The position numbers were made by a program, and so were the translations under genes. Below the pieces are notes generated by a model. It saw only the letters and a program-made list of their open reading frames with translations. It did no database searches and was not told where the DNA came from. DNA of 63,978 nt, the filler included, from Candidatus Hydrogenedentota bacterium (GTDB lineage Bacteria; JBFMHD01), in assembly GCA_040752395.1 (NCBI GenBank). It is 11 parts of 11 records of this genome, joined end to end, with 100 filler letters (N's around TTAATTAATTAA, not from the genome) between each part and the next. Parts side by side here need not be neighbours in the genome. Positions count along the whole stretch, not along the records: positions 1 to 4,684 come from JBFMHD010000216.1; positions 4,785 to 9,454 come from JBFMHD010000217.1; positions 9,555 to 14,217 come from JBFMHD010000218.1; 8 more parts are not named here. One strand, given 5' to 3'. Positions 1-9,693 of the stretch are shown here, piece after piece (the stretch's first letter is position 1; every line of letters begins with the position of its first letter).

Positions 1-188
1 GTTTTTCAGAGGAGTCATCATGCGGTGCGTTGCACCGCTACACAAAGCCTGAAAAACCAGATTCAGACGTTTTCTTGCCTCTTGCTTCTTGCCTCTTTCG
101 TTATCTTTCTTTCCGTTATCTTGCTTCTTGCTTCTTGCCTCTTGCTTCTACTTGATATTATTATAGTTACAACGTTTTTCAGAGGAGG
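1..188 (+). repeat. Modular intergenic repeat copy (palindrome module, (CTTGCTT)n, terminal SD module) upstream of argG
   Basis: GCGGTGC-GTT-GCACCGC hairpin at 22-38, heptamer array, then CTACTTGATATTATTATAGTTACAACGTTTTTCAGAGGAGG ending 11 nt before ATG 200. Confidence 0.9.
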
Positions 189-199
189 TAGCTACTTTA

Positions 200-1414
200 A
201 TGAAAGACAAGGTTGTGTTAGCGTATTCAGGTGGACTTGATACATCTGTTATTTTGAAATGGCTTACTTTGAAAGGGTACGATGTTATAGCATTTGCAGC
301 TGATATTGGACAGAGAGAGGATTTTAAAGCTTTAAGAGAGAAGGCTTACAAAAGTGGAGCGAGCGAGGTGGTAATAACAGATATAAAAGATGGTTTTGCA
401 AGAGATTTTATCATTCCATGTATTCAATTCAATGCACGATATGAAGGAAGATATTTACTTGGGACATCTATGGCAAGACCCTGTATCGCTAAAGAGATGG
501 TTAGAATCGCCAATCTTAAAAAAGCAAAATATGTTGCACACGGAGCCACTGGTAAAGGAAATGATCAGGTTAGATTTGAGATCAGTGTATATGCTTTAAA
601 CCCTGATCTTGGTGTAATAGTTCCGTGGCGAGATAATGAATTCAGAAAACTGATTCCCGGTCGAAGAGAAGCGATAGAATTTGCTAAAAAACATAATATA
701 CCTGTTAAAGCAACTGTGAAAAAACCCTGGTCAAGTGATGAAAATCTGATGCATATAAGTTATGAATCAGGTATTCTTGAAGAACCAGCTGCTCGACCGC
801 CTGAGGATATGTTTGAAAGAACCCGCTCAGCACAAAAAGCACCAGATAAAGAAGAGATAATATCAGTTGAGTTTAAGAAAGGTATCCCGACAGCTATAAA
901 TGCTAAAAAAATGAAACTGGTTGAAATTTTACTAAGATTGAACGAGCTCGGTGGGAGACACAGTATTGGCAGGATAGATATGGTCGAGAGCAGGTTTGTT
1001 GGTATGAAGTCACGCGGAGTGTATGAGACACCAGGTGGCGAAATACTTGTTACAGCACATAGAGACCTTGAGGGAATAACTCTTGATAACGGCACTATAC
1101 AGCTCAAAGAAACGTTGATGCCGAGATTTTCGAAACTTGTTTATGACGGGTTCTGGTTTACTCCTGAGATGGATGCTTTAAAAGCACTATTAAAAGCAAC
1201 TCAAAAATATGTGACTGGCAGAGTAAAACTCGCACTTTATAAAGGCAGGGTTATGGCTATAGGAAGAGAAAGTGATTATTCTTTATATAATCAAAGGATA
1301 GTTTCTATGGAGGATGACAAAGGAGCATTTGACCAGTCTTTATCAACAGGGTTTATAAAGATACTTTCGATCCCTGTGAGAGCGCATTATCAAAGAACCA
1401 GGATTATGAGATAG
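200..1414 (+). CDS. argG: Argininosuccinate synthase
   Basis: VVLAYSGGLDTS, HGATGKGNDQVRFE and GMKSRGVYETPGG motifs. Confidence 0.97.
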   Translation: MKDKVVLAYSGGLDTSVILKWLTLKGYDVIAFAADIGQREDFKALREKAYKSGASEVVITDIKDGFARDFIIPCIQFNARYEGRYLLGTSMARPCIAKEMVRIANLKKAKYVAHGATGKGNDQVRFEISVYALNPDLGVIVPWRDNEFRKLIPGRREAIEFAKKHNIPVKATVKKPWSSDENLMHISYESGILEEPAARPPEDMFERTRSAQKAPDKEEIISVEFKKGIPTAINAKKMKLVEILLRLNELGGRHSIGRIDMVESRFVGMKSRGVYETPGGEILVTAHRDLEGITLDNGTIQLKETLMPRFSKLVYDGFWFTPEMDALKALLKATQKYVTGRVKLALYKGRVMAIGRESDYSLYNQRIVSMEDDKGAFDQSLSTGFIKILSIPVRAHYQRTRIMR

Positions 1415-1445
1415 GAGAGAGAATTCAGTGGTTAGAGGGATGTTT

Positions 1446-2825
1446 ATGAAAAATAGATTATGGGGTGGGAGATTCAAAAAAGAACAAAATCCATTGTTTA
1501 TGAAGTTTCAATCCTCGTTAAATTTTGATCTCAGATTATATTCTTATGATATTATCGGAAGTAAAGCATACGCGAGCGAACTTTGTAAAAAAGGGGTCTT
1601 AAGTGAAAAAGAGTGTAAAACAATAATAAAAGCGCTTGATGAGATAAAACAGGAATTAGACAGAGGAAAACATAAAAATAGAGAGCTTGAGGATATCCAT
1701 ACCCTTATCGAGGTTTTGCTAATAGAAAAGATAGGTGAAACAGCAAAAAAAATACATACAGGCCGAAGCAGAAATGACCAGGTTATGGTTGATATTAAAT
1801 TGTACCTTTTAGATGAAATGATTAATTTAAAGCAAAATATTTGTTCTCTGATAAAGACATTAGTAGCTAAAAGTAAAAAATATCTGAGCCTACCTTTCCC
1901 TTCATATACTCATCTACAACCAGCTCAACCTGTACTTTTCAGTCATTATCTTTTATATATTGCGAATACCATGTTAAGAGATGGGTTAAGGGTTAAGAGA
2001 TGTTTTTTGGAGCTTTCTTCCTGCCCCCTCGGGACAGGAGCAATCTCTGGTAACGCATTTTCTATAAACAGGGAAAGATTAGCAAAATCATTAAATTTTT
2101 TGAGTGTCACACAGAACAGTATCGATACAGTTACAAACAGAGATGATTTATTAGATGTATTATATGCGATTGCTGTAATTGGCGTTCATCTTTCGAGGGT
2201 TGCTGAAGATTTAATTATATTCTCAAGTAAAGAGTTTGATATAGTAGAGATAAAAGAAGAATTCAAAACTGGTTCATCGCTTATGCCCCAGAAACGTAAC
2301 CCTGATTTGTTAGAACTCATAAGAGGTAAATCAGCTCGGTTTATATCTAACCTGAATAGATTGATGATAGTATTGAAGGCTTTACCATCGGGTTATCAGA
2401 AAGATTTACAGGAAGATAAAGAAGCTTTATTTGATAGTATAGACCAGATTAAAATTATTCTTAATCTTTTTACTCAATTAATTCAAGGACTCAAAATTAA
2501 CGAAAAGAGAGCAAGAGAGATATTGGAGAAAGGACAGATGACAGCAACAGATTTAGCTGATTATTTTGTATTAAAAGGGATTCCATTTAGAGAGGCACAT
2601 AGACGTTCAGGTGAGATAATTCAAAAACTCGAAGAGAATGATTTAGATATTTCTACTGTTGATATAAAAATATTGAAAAAAATAGATTCAGTCATCGAGG
2701 ATGATGTTGAGAAGTTTATAAGAATAGAAGGCTCTATCAATAGAAGGAATGTAACAGGTGGTACTTCTATTCAAGCAGTAAAGAAAACCATCCGATATCT
2801 TGAAAAACAACTAAACAAATTTTAA
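1446..2825 (+). CDS. argH: Argininosuccinate lyase (start probably MKNRLWGGRF at 1446)
   Basis: LWGGRF, HTGRSRNDQV and GSSLMPQKRNPD fumarate-lyase signature; follows argG. Confidence 0.96.
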   Translation: MKNRLWGGRFKKEQNPLFMKFQSSLNFDLRLYSYDIIGSKAYASELCKKGVLSEKECKTIIKALDEIKQELDRGKHKNRELEDIHTLIEVLLIEKIGETAKKIHTGRSRNDQVMVDIKLYLLDEMINLKQNICSLIKTLVAKSKKYLSLPFPSYTHLQPAQPVLFSHYLLYIANTMLRDGLRVKRCFLELSSCPLGTGAISGNAFSINRERLAKSLNFLSVTQNSIDTVTNRDDLLDVLYAIAVIGVHLSRVAEDLIIFSSKEFDIVEIKEEFKTGSSLMPQKRNPDLLELIRGKSARFISNLNRLMIVLKALPSGYQKDLQEDKEALFDSIDQIKIILNLFTQLIQGLKINEKRAREILEKGQMTATDLADYFVLKGIPFREAHRRSGEIIQKLEENDLDISTVDIKILKKIDSVIEDDVEKFIRIEGSINRRNVTGGTSIQAVKKTIRYLEKQLNKF

Positions 2826-2839
2826 CTTACAACTTACCT

Positions 2840-3340
2840 ATGCTTTTTTTGGCTCCTACTATATGGGGCGATTTTATTGTTGAATTAACTAACAATAATG
2901 AAGTGCTTGAACTAAACTTTCCAAACCAGCGTATATCGCAGAGAATCAAAGAAAAAAATGAAAAACTGGGGGATGAATTAAATAGATATTTTACCGGGAA
3001 AAGCAAAAAAATTAATTTAGAATATTCTGTGGAAAAAATCAAGAGTGGATTTGATTCGAAGGTATTGAATGAGGTTCTGAAAATAAGATACGGCGAAATA
3101 ACAACATATTCTGATATCTCTAAAAAGTTGTATAATTCAGTTAAATGGACTCGGGCAGTTGGGAATGCATTAAAAAGAAATCCATTGCCTATTATTATCC
3201 CCTGTCATAGAATTATCAGAAATGATTCTTTTATTTCCGGTTTTTCTGGTGGGATAATATGGAAAAAACGATTGATAGAACTTGAGCGAGGTAAAAAATG
3301 TATTATATCCAGAAAAGGTCATTATTATCTTCTCTCATAA
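2840..3340 (+). CDS. ogt: Methylated-DNA-protein-cysteine methyltransferase
   Basis: RAVGNAL..NPLPIIIPCHRII active-site motif. Confidence 0.9.
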   Translation: MLFLAPTIWGDFIVELTNNNEVLELNFPNQRISQRIKEKNEKLGDELNRYFTGKSKKINLEYSVEKIKSGFDSKVLNEVLKIRYGEITTYSDISKKLYNSVKWTRAVGNALKRNPLPIIIPCHRIIRNDSFISGFSGGIIWKKRLIELERGKKCIISRKGHYYLLS

Positions 3341-4386
3341 TACATTTATTCTTATTTTTTTTACTCTTTCAATGGAAAATAGTCTATTATAAAAATAAGA
3401 TTATAGGGAAAGAGACCGGTGAGAAATTTGTATTTTTTACCCTTGAAGAAGATGAACCGGAAATAAAAAAAATAGAAACAGAGGGTAAACCTTTTAATAA
3501 TATTAAACCAGCAGAAAAAATAGATAAGTTAAAATCCAAAAATGAAAAACTGATTCTTAATAAAGATGATTTGATTGTAAAGGCGATGAAAGATATAAAT
3601 ATAACAGAGGCGGAGAAAAAAGAAGAAATCATAATACCAGAAAAGATTCAAAAAAAGGATGCTCAAAAAGAAGAAATGATAAAAGAAAAGCTGACACAAG
3701 AAGAAATAAAAAAAGATGAAGAACAGATAAATGTTAATAGATTAGTAATCGAAGATAAAAAAGAAGAAATTTTACCCATTCACCAGATTGATACCCAAAA
3801 GAAAAAAAACGATAATATATTAAAACCAGCTGAAATATTTGTTCCGATAGAAAACCCTGTGGATAGAGAAGATATGAAAGTTTTTGATAAAACACATTCC
3901 GATAAAGAAGAATCATTAAGAGTAAAATCAATAGATGAATTTTTAAAAGAGAAAAAAGATAGAAATGAATACACTCTAAACGAGTTTGAAAAACTGGATA
4001 AAGAGGATGAGAATGAATTTGATTTCGCACAATTTCGAGGCATTACTTTATCAAATTATGGCTGGGACTGGGAACCTTATTTAAGAAATTTAAGACGACA
4101 TATAAAGTTTCACTGGTATCCACCTGAGGCATTCAGAACCTACGGACTATGCTCAGGAAATACAATTATAAGATTCAGTATGGATAAAAAAGGAAATATG
4201 ATTGAGTGGAAGCTATTACATAAAGAGGGTGGCGGTGACTCTTATGCAATAGCACAGATGCATCAATCCAGTATCGATGCTATACTGACATCAGACCCGT
4301 TTCCTCAATTACCTGAAGATTTTCCTGACAAAAAGCTTGAAATAACAGTCGGCTTTTATTATTTAAAGTATGAAGAGAGTAGATAG
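3298..4386 (+). CDS. TonB/TolA-like C-terminal domain protein
   Basis: N-terminal TM with SLIIH, long charged linker, C-terminal HWYPP...PFPQLPEDF TonB_C-like domain. Confidence 0.7.
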   Translation: MYYIQKRSLLSSLIIHLFLFFLLFQWKIVYYKNKIIGKETGEKFVFFTLEEDEPEIKKIETEGKPFNNIKPAEKIDKLKSKNEKLILNKDDLIVKAMKDINITEAEKKEEIIIPEKIQKKDAQKEEMIKEKLTQEEIKKDEEQINVNRLVIEDKKEEILPIHQIDTQKKKNDNILKPAEIFVPIENPVDREDMKVFDKTHSDKEESLRVKSIDEFLKEKKDRNEYTLNEFEKLDKEDENEFDFAQFRGITLSNYGWDWEPYLRNLRRHIKFHWYPPEAFRTYGLCSGNTIIRFSMDKKGNMIEWKLLHKEGGGDSYAIAQMHQSSIDAILTSDPFPQLPEDFPDKKLEITVGFYYLKYEESR

Positions 4387-4410
4387 TAGATTGAAAGATT
4401 AAAATTTTTT

Positions 4411-4684
4411 CTGATACTTCTCACTTCTTACTTTCAAAGGCACAAAGGCACAGAGGCACAGAGGCACAAAGTATGAAAAGAGTCGTGAGTCGCAAGTCGT
4501 GAGTCAAAACAGGACTCAGGACTCAAGACTCAAGACTCAAGACTTTTCAGCAGGCTCCGGGCTTTTGGCTCCAGCCGGCTGTAGTCCGTAGCCCGTAGCC
4601 CGAATTATTATAGTTACAATGTTTTTCAGAGGAGTCATCATGCGGTGCGTTGCACCGCTACACAAAGCCTGAAAAACCAGATTC
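4411..4684 (+). repeat. Modular repeat copy running into the contig end
   Basis: (GGCACAGA)n, (GTCGTGA)n, (ACTCAAG)n, CAGCCGGCTG core, (GTAGCCC)n and terminal module; last 64 nt are identical to 1-64. Confidence 0.9.
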
Positions 4685-4784
4685 NNNNNNNNNNNNNNNN
4701 NNNNNNNNNNNNNNNNNNNNNNNNNNNNTTAATTAATTAANNNNNNNNNNNNNNNNNNNNNNNNNNNNNNNNNNNNNNNNNNNN
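4685..4784. other. Artificial contig linker, first of ten (others 9455-9554, 14218-14317, 18907-19006, 38771-38870, 43372-43471, 47953-48052, 52528-52627, 57093-57192, 61597-61696)
   Basis: Identical 100-nt N-run containing TTAATTAATTAA (stops in all six frames). Confidence 0.98.
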
Positions 4785-4796
4785 CAAATTCAAGAG

Positions 4797-7535
4797 CTAC
4801 CGATTCTTAGCAACTGATTGAGCTGCTGCGAGTATAGCGATAGGGACACGATACGGTGAGCAGGAAACATAATCCATTTTTACATTGTGACAGAATTCTA
4901 CTGATCTTGGTTCACCCCCATGCTCACCGCAGATACCTACTTCCAGTTTTCTATAAGTCTTTCTTCCTCGTTCTATCCCTATTTTTATTAGTTCACCGAT
5001 ACCGTCTCTATCAATACTCTGAAATGGGTCTTCTGGTAGCACACCTTTAGAAATATAATCTGGTAAAAAACCTCCGATATCATCACGTGAAAAACCATAA
5101 CCCATCTGTGTTAAATCATTTGTTCCGTAAGAGAAAAATTGAGCTACACTCGCTATCTTATCAGCGACCAGACAAGCCCTTGGTATCTCTATCATAGTTC
5201 CAAATAAATACTTTATCTTTTTTAAATTATATTTAGCAATTACTTCGCTATATACTTTTTTAGTGATCTCGAGTTGATGCTTCAATTCTTTAACATCACA
5301 TACAACAGGTATCATAATCTCGGGGTATGGTTTTTTACCTTCTTTAATAAGCTCTGCTGAGGCTTCAAAAATAGCTCGTATCTGCATCTCACTGACTTCA
5401 GGATACGTTATCCCGAGTCTTACTCCCCGATGACCCATCATCGGGTTCGCTTCATGTAAAGCAACCGCCCTCTTCTCAAGTTCATCAAGTGTGATATTTA
5501 AATCTTTAGCTAATTGTTCAAGCTTGTCCTTTTCTCTCGGCACAAATTCATGTAAAGGCGGGTCAAGTAATCTAAAAACAACTGGTAATCCATCCATCGC
5601 TTCCAGTGTTCCTTTTACATCTTCTTTTACATAGGGAAACAATTCGAGGAGCGCTTTTTTTCTCTCTCCCTCTGTTTTAGAAACAATCATCTTACGTAAT
5701 CTAAATAAAGGTTCTTCAGAACCTTTGCCATAAAACATATGTTCAGTTCTAAATAATCCGATGCCTTCAGCTTGAAACATTCTTGCTTTTTTCGCATCCT
5801 CTGGAGTATCAGCATTGGTTCTTACACCAAGCCTTTTTATAGATTTACAAATTTTTAAAAAGTCATTCAATAGAACATTTTCCGAAGAAGTATCAATCAT
5901 CGGCAGTTTACCTTCGTATACATTGCCCTTCCCTCCATTTAATGTAATCCAATCCCCTTCTTTAAAAACTTTATCAGCTATTCTCATCTCTTTTTTCTGA
6001 TAATCGATATGTATAGCCCCACAGCCAACGATACAGCATTTACCCCAGCCTCGTGCTACAAGCGCAGCATGTGAGGTCATTCCGCCACGAGCTGTTAATA
6101 TAGCCTGCGCAGCACGCATACCCTCAACATCCTCAGGGTTTGTCTCTTCCCGTACTAAAATAACTTTCTTACCCTCTTTTGACCAGCTGACAGCCTCAAT
6201 AGCGTTAAATACTATCTGACCATTTGCGCCACCAGGTCCTGCTGGTAGCCCTTTTGCCAAAATCTTCTGGTTTCTTTCCTGTAGCGGTTCAATAATAGGA
6301 TGTAATAATTCATCAAGCTGAGATGGTGTCACACGCATAACTGCTTCATATTTACTTATCAATCTCTCTTTTATCATATCAAGTGCCATACGAACAGCTG
6401 CGGGACCATTGCGTTTTCCAACACGGCACTGAAGCATAAATAACCGACCTTTTTCTATCGTAAACTCTATATCCTGCATATCATGATAATGTCTTTCCAG
6501 CCGTTTCCTGTAGACACATAATTCTTTATAGAGTTGAGGCATAAGTCTTTCTAATGTTGGTAAATCTTTATTATGTTCTGATTTCGAATATTCATTTAGC
6601 GGTGAAGGTGTTCGTATGCCTGCTACAACGTCTTCTCCCTGAGCATTAATTAAATACTCACCATAAAACTTATTCTCACCGTTACCTGGATTCCGTGAAA
6701 AAGCAACCCCTGTAGCAGAATCATCGCCCATATTCCCAAATACCATTGTTTGAACATTAACAGCAGTGCCCCACTCATCAGGTATCCCCTCTATCCGTCT
6801 GTAAGCAACAGCCCGTTTACCATTCCATGAATCAAACACAGCACCTATCCCACCCCATAACTGCTGTTCAGGTTCATCAGGGAACTCTTTTTTTAATACT
6901 TCTTTAATCTTATCTTTGAATAATCCACATAATTTTTTCAAGTCAGAAGCGGTTAGATCAGTATCGCTCTTATATCCTTTTTCTTTTTTCAGACCATCCA
7001 TAATTTTTTCAAGCTGTCTCCGTATACCTGCTTCATCATTCTCAGGCTCTATACCCGCGGCCTTCTCCATAACTACATCCGAGTACATCATAATCAATCT
7101 TCTATAGGCATCATAAACAAACCTTTCATTACCGCCACTCTGTTTAATAAGTGCTGGTATGGTCTTTTCAGTCAAACCAATGTTCAGAACAGTCTCCATC
7201 ATCCCTGGCATAGATTTACGTGCACCTGAGCGAACCGAGACAAGTAATGGATTATCAGTTGAACCGAATTTTCGCTGCATAATATCTTCAACCCGTTTTA
7301 GAGCTTTGGCTACTTCTTCTCTTAATCCTTTTGGGTATAATTTTTTGTTATTAAAATAATAAGTGCAAACCAAAGTAGTGATTGTAAAGCCAGGTGGCAC
7401 AGGTAACCTTAAATTTCTATGACCCGCCATTTCAGCGAGATTAGCACCTTTACCACCCAATAAATTTTTCATACTCTCATTACCATCGGCTCGGCCGCCA
7501 CCAAAAAAATAAACGTATTTCTTCTTTTTACTCAT
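4797..7535 (-). CDS. ppdK: Pyruvate, phosphate dikinase
   Basis: LGGKGANLAEM, PLLVSVRSGA, GGMTSHAALVAR phospho-His motif and GICGEHGG. Confidence 0.97.
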   Translation of the reverse strand: MSKKKKYVYFFGGGRADGNESMKNLLGGKGANLAEMAGHRNLRLPVPPGFTITTLVCTYYFNNKKLYPKGLREEVAKALKRVEDIMQRKFGSTDNPLLVSVRSGARKSMPGMMETVLNIGLTEKTIPALIKQSGGNERFVYDAYRRLIMMYSDVVMEKAAGIEPENDEAGIRRQLEKIMDGLKKEKGYKSDTDLTASDLKKLCGLFKDKIKEVLKKEFPDEPEQQLWGGIGAVFDSWNGKRAVAYRRIEGIPDEWGTAVNVQTMVFGNMGDDSATGVAFSRNPGNGENKFYGEYLINAQGEDVVAGIRTPSPLNEYSKSEHNKDLPTLERLMPQLYKELCVYRKRLERHYHDMQDIEFTIEKGRLFMLQCRVGKRNGPAAVRMALDMIKERLISKYEAVMRVTPSQLDELLHPIIEPLQERNQKILAKGLPAGPGGANGQIVFNAIEAVSWSKEGKKVILVREETNPEDVEGMRAAQAILTARGGMTSHAALVARGWGKCCIVGCGAIHIDYQKKEMRIADKVFKEGDWITLNGGKGNVYEGKLPMIDTSSENVLLNDFLKICKSIKRLGVRTNADTPEDAKKARMFQAEGIGLFRTEHMFYGKGSEEPLFRLRKMIVSKTEGERKKALLELFPYVKEDVKGTLEAMDGLPVVFRLLDPPLHEFVPREKDKLEQLAKDLNITLDELEKRAVALHEANPMMGHRGVRLGITYPEVSEMQIRAIFEASAELIKEGKKPYPEIMIPVVCDVKELKHQLEITKKVYSEVIAKYNLKKIKYLFGTMIEIPRACLVADKIASVAQFFSYGTNDLTQMGYGFSRDDIGGFLPDYISKGVLPEDPFQSIDRDGIGELIKIGIERGRKTYRKLEVGICGEHGGEPRSVEFCHNVKMDYVSCSPYRVPIAILAAAQSVAKNR

Positions 7536-7679
7536 CGAAGAATCCTCCAGTGAAAATCTTCTGTATTTTTATCTTTTATATTAAAGTGTCAAGAGTTTAA
7601 TTTTTTATCTTCCACACCCATTTCACCACCCTGGGGTGTCATCTAGTCCCTTATTATGGATTGTAACGAAGTCACGTGG

Positions 7680-8984
7680 TCATTTTATAAATTCATAATA
7701 GATTGCTTTTACTGCGTTTTCAAAATCTTTATTTTCAATACCAATAATAATGTTAAGTTCAGATGCGCCTTGATTAATAACCCTGATATTGACACCAGCC
7801 CTGGAAACAGCACCAAATAATCTTGCAGCAGTCCCTACCCTGTAAACCATCCCCTCGCCCACTGTGGCTATAAGCGCAAGGTTTTTTATTAGCTCTACTC
7901 TATCGGGCTGAAAAACTCGCTGTATATCATCGAGCAAGTCTTCACCCTTGTCCTTTAGTTCACTATCACTCATTATAACACACATTGAATCAATACTCGT
8001 TGGTGTATGCTCAAAACTTATATCGTGAGATTCGACTATTGCTAATAATCTTCTGCCAAACCCCTTTTCTTTATTCATTAAAGCTTTTTCAATATAAACC
8101 ATACTGAAATTCTTTCTTCCAGCAATACCGATAACAGGTGTATTTCTATAATCTCTATTACCAACTATCAGCGTTCCTTCAGCCTGTGGTTCGTTGGTGT
8201 TCTTTATACGTATAGGGATATTTTTTTCTCTAACAGGAAATATGGCTTCATCATGAAGAACAGTTGCACCCATATATGCAAGCTCTCTTAATTCTCTGTA
8301 AGATACTTCTTTCATAGGTTTAGCATCAGGTATAATGTTCGGGTCAGCCATATGGAATCCACTTACATCAGTCCAGTTTTCATACAATGATGAAGATGTA
8401 GCCCTGGCAACTATGGAGCCTGTTACATCAGACCCGCCACGTGAGAAAGTCTTTATCAGATTATTTGGTCCTGCACCATAAAACCCAGGAACCACAAATA
8501 AACCATCCCTTTTTAATAAATTACCAAGAATTTCATAAGTAATCTCTTTTAATTTACCTTCACCTGTTATAAAAATACTATTTTGTGGTTCGATAAACTG
8601 AGCATTTAAATATTTAGCCATTATTTTACCCATAAGATATTCACCACGTGAAGCTATATAATCAGGTGTAGTCCCTTTTTCTAATTCTTCTACAATTATC
8701 TTATATTCATCTTCTAAATCAAGATTAAGATTTAATTCTTTTATAATACGGTTATATCTATCCTTGATTTTGTTCAGAGTATCAGTATAATCCATATTAT
8801 CCTCGGCCATTTTGTATAAGTGATACAATAGGTCAGTAATTTTAATATCTTTTTTATCTCTTTTCCCTGGTGCTGAGACAACTATGTATCTTCGTTCTTT
8901 ATTATCATTTATAATGTTATTGACCTTTTTTACCTGATTCGCATCAGCAAGCGAAGTACCACCAAATTTACAAGTTATAGTCAT
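7680..8984 (-). CDS. lysC: Aspartate kinase with C-terminal ACT domains
   Basis: KFGGTSLA, VVSAPG, FSRGGSDVTG and ACT-domain tail. Confidence 0.92.
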   Translation of the reverse strand: MTITCKFGGTSLADANQVKKVNNIINDNKERRYIVVSAPGKRDKKDIKITDLLYHLYKMAEDNMDYTDTLNKIKDRYNRIIKELNLNLDLEDEYKIIVEELEKGTTPDYIASRGEYLMGKIMAKYLNAQFIEPQNSIFITGEGKLKEITYEILGNLLKRDGLFVVPGFYGAGPNNLIKTFSRGGSDVTGSIVARATSSSLYENWTDVSGFHMADPNIIPDAKPMKEVSYRELRELAYMGATVLHDEAIFPVREKNIPIRIKNTNEPQAEGTLIVGNRDYRNTPVIGIAGRKNFSMVYIEKALMNKEKGFGRRLLAIVESHDISFEHTPTSIDSMCVIMSDSELKDKGEDLLDDIQRVFQPDRVELIKNLALIATVGEGMVYRVGTAARLFGAVSRAGVNIRVINQGASELNIIIGIENKDFENAVKAIYYEFIK

Positions 8985-8989
8985 ATAAA

Positions 8990-9182
8990 CCTCCTCTGAA
9001 AAACGCTGTAACTCTAATAATTCGGGCTACGGGCTACGGACTACAGCCGGCTGGAGCCAAAAGCCCAAAGCCTGCTGAAAAGTCTTGAGTCTTGAGTCTT
9101 GAGTCCTGTTTTGACTCACGACTTGCGACTTGTGACTCTTTTCATATCATCTTTAGTTTTTTCATCTTGCTTCTTGCTTCTA
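8990..9182 (-). repeat. Modular repeat copy supplying the SD of the aspartokinase gene
   Basis: Reverse strand reads ...CCCGAATTATTAGAGTTACAGCGTTTTTCAGAGGAGG-TTTAT-ATG(8984). Confidence 0.9.
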
Positions 9183-9454
9183 CTTAATCAGAATAATAAT
9201 AATGCCTGTGTTAAAAAGGACAATAATAAAAAGAAGTAGATTAATTATAAAAAGTATCCCTATTTTAGATTCTTTTTTTTCTATCTCGGTTTTAGTAAGT
9301 CTATAAGTATCGTATATAGAATACATCCAAAAAATAAGAAAAGCAAGATTTAGAAAGATACCTGTCTGAAAAATAATGATATTAAACTTATTACCAACAA
9401 GTAGATTAATCAAAGGAATAAAAATAAGAATTAAAGAAATAAGTAAAGAGACCA
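9180..9454 (-). CDS. Membrane protein, C-terminal fragment truncated by contig end
   Basis: Hydrophobic ORF with FWMYSIYDTY, open toward the gap. Confidence 0.5.
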
Positions 9455-9554
9455 NNNNNNNNNNNNNNNNNNNNNNNNNNNNNNNNNNNNNNNNNNNNTT
9501 AATTAATTAANNNNNNNNNNNNNNNNNNNNNNNNNNNNNNNNNNNNNNNNNNNN

Positions 9555-9693
9555 GATTAATACCCCTTTAAAGGTTGTGATCAACGAATGTATAGAGATA
9601 GCTAAACGATTCGGGACAGAAGATTCAGGGAAGTTTGTCAATGGTGTTCTTGATAAGGCAGCAGAAGAGTTGAAAAAGAGGAGTAAAAATTGA
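9555..9693 (+). CDS. nusB: Transcription antitermination factor NusB, C-terminal fragment (not in ORF track)
   Basis: Frame from 9556 reads [36 protein letters not shown]..., the NusB C-terminal motif; stop overlaps the next TTG start. Confidence 0.88.

Noticed and set aside
25-240. ORF-track peptides such as 25-240, 14769-14969, 14870-15205, 36630-36812, 42194-42460, 52130-52402, 52783-53079 and 62584-62772 (LLASC/QEARS-rich)
   Set aside because: They are translations of the repeat in varying frames, and frame is not conserved between copies.
4729-4740. TTAATTAATTAA repeated ten times within N-runs
   Set aside because: Artificial six-frame-stop linker between contigs; gene adjacency across it was not interpreted.
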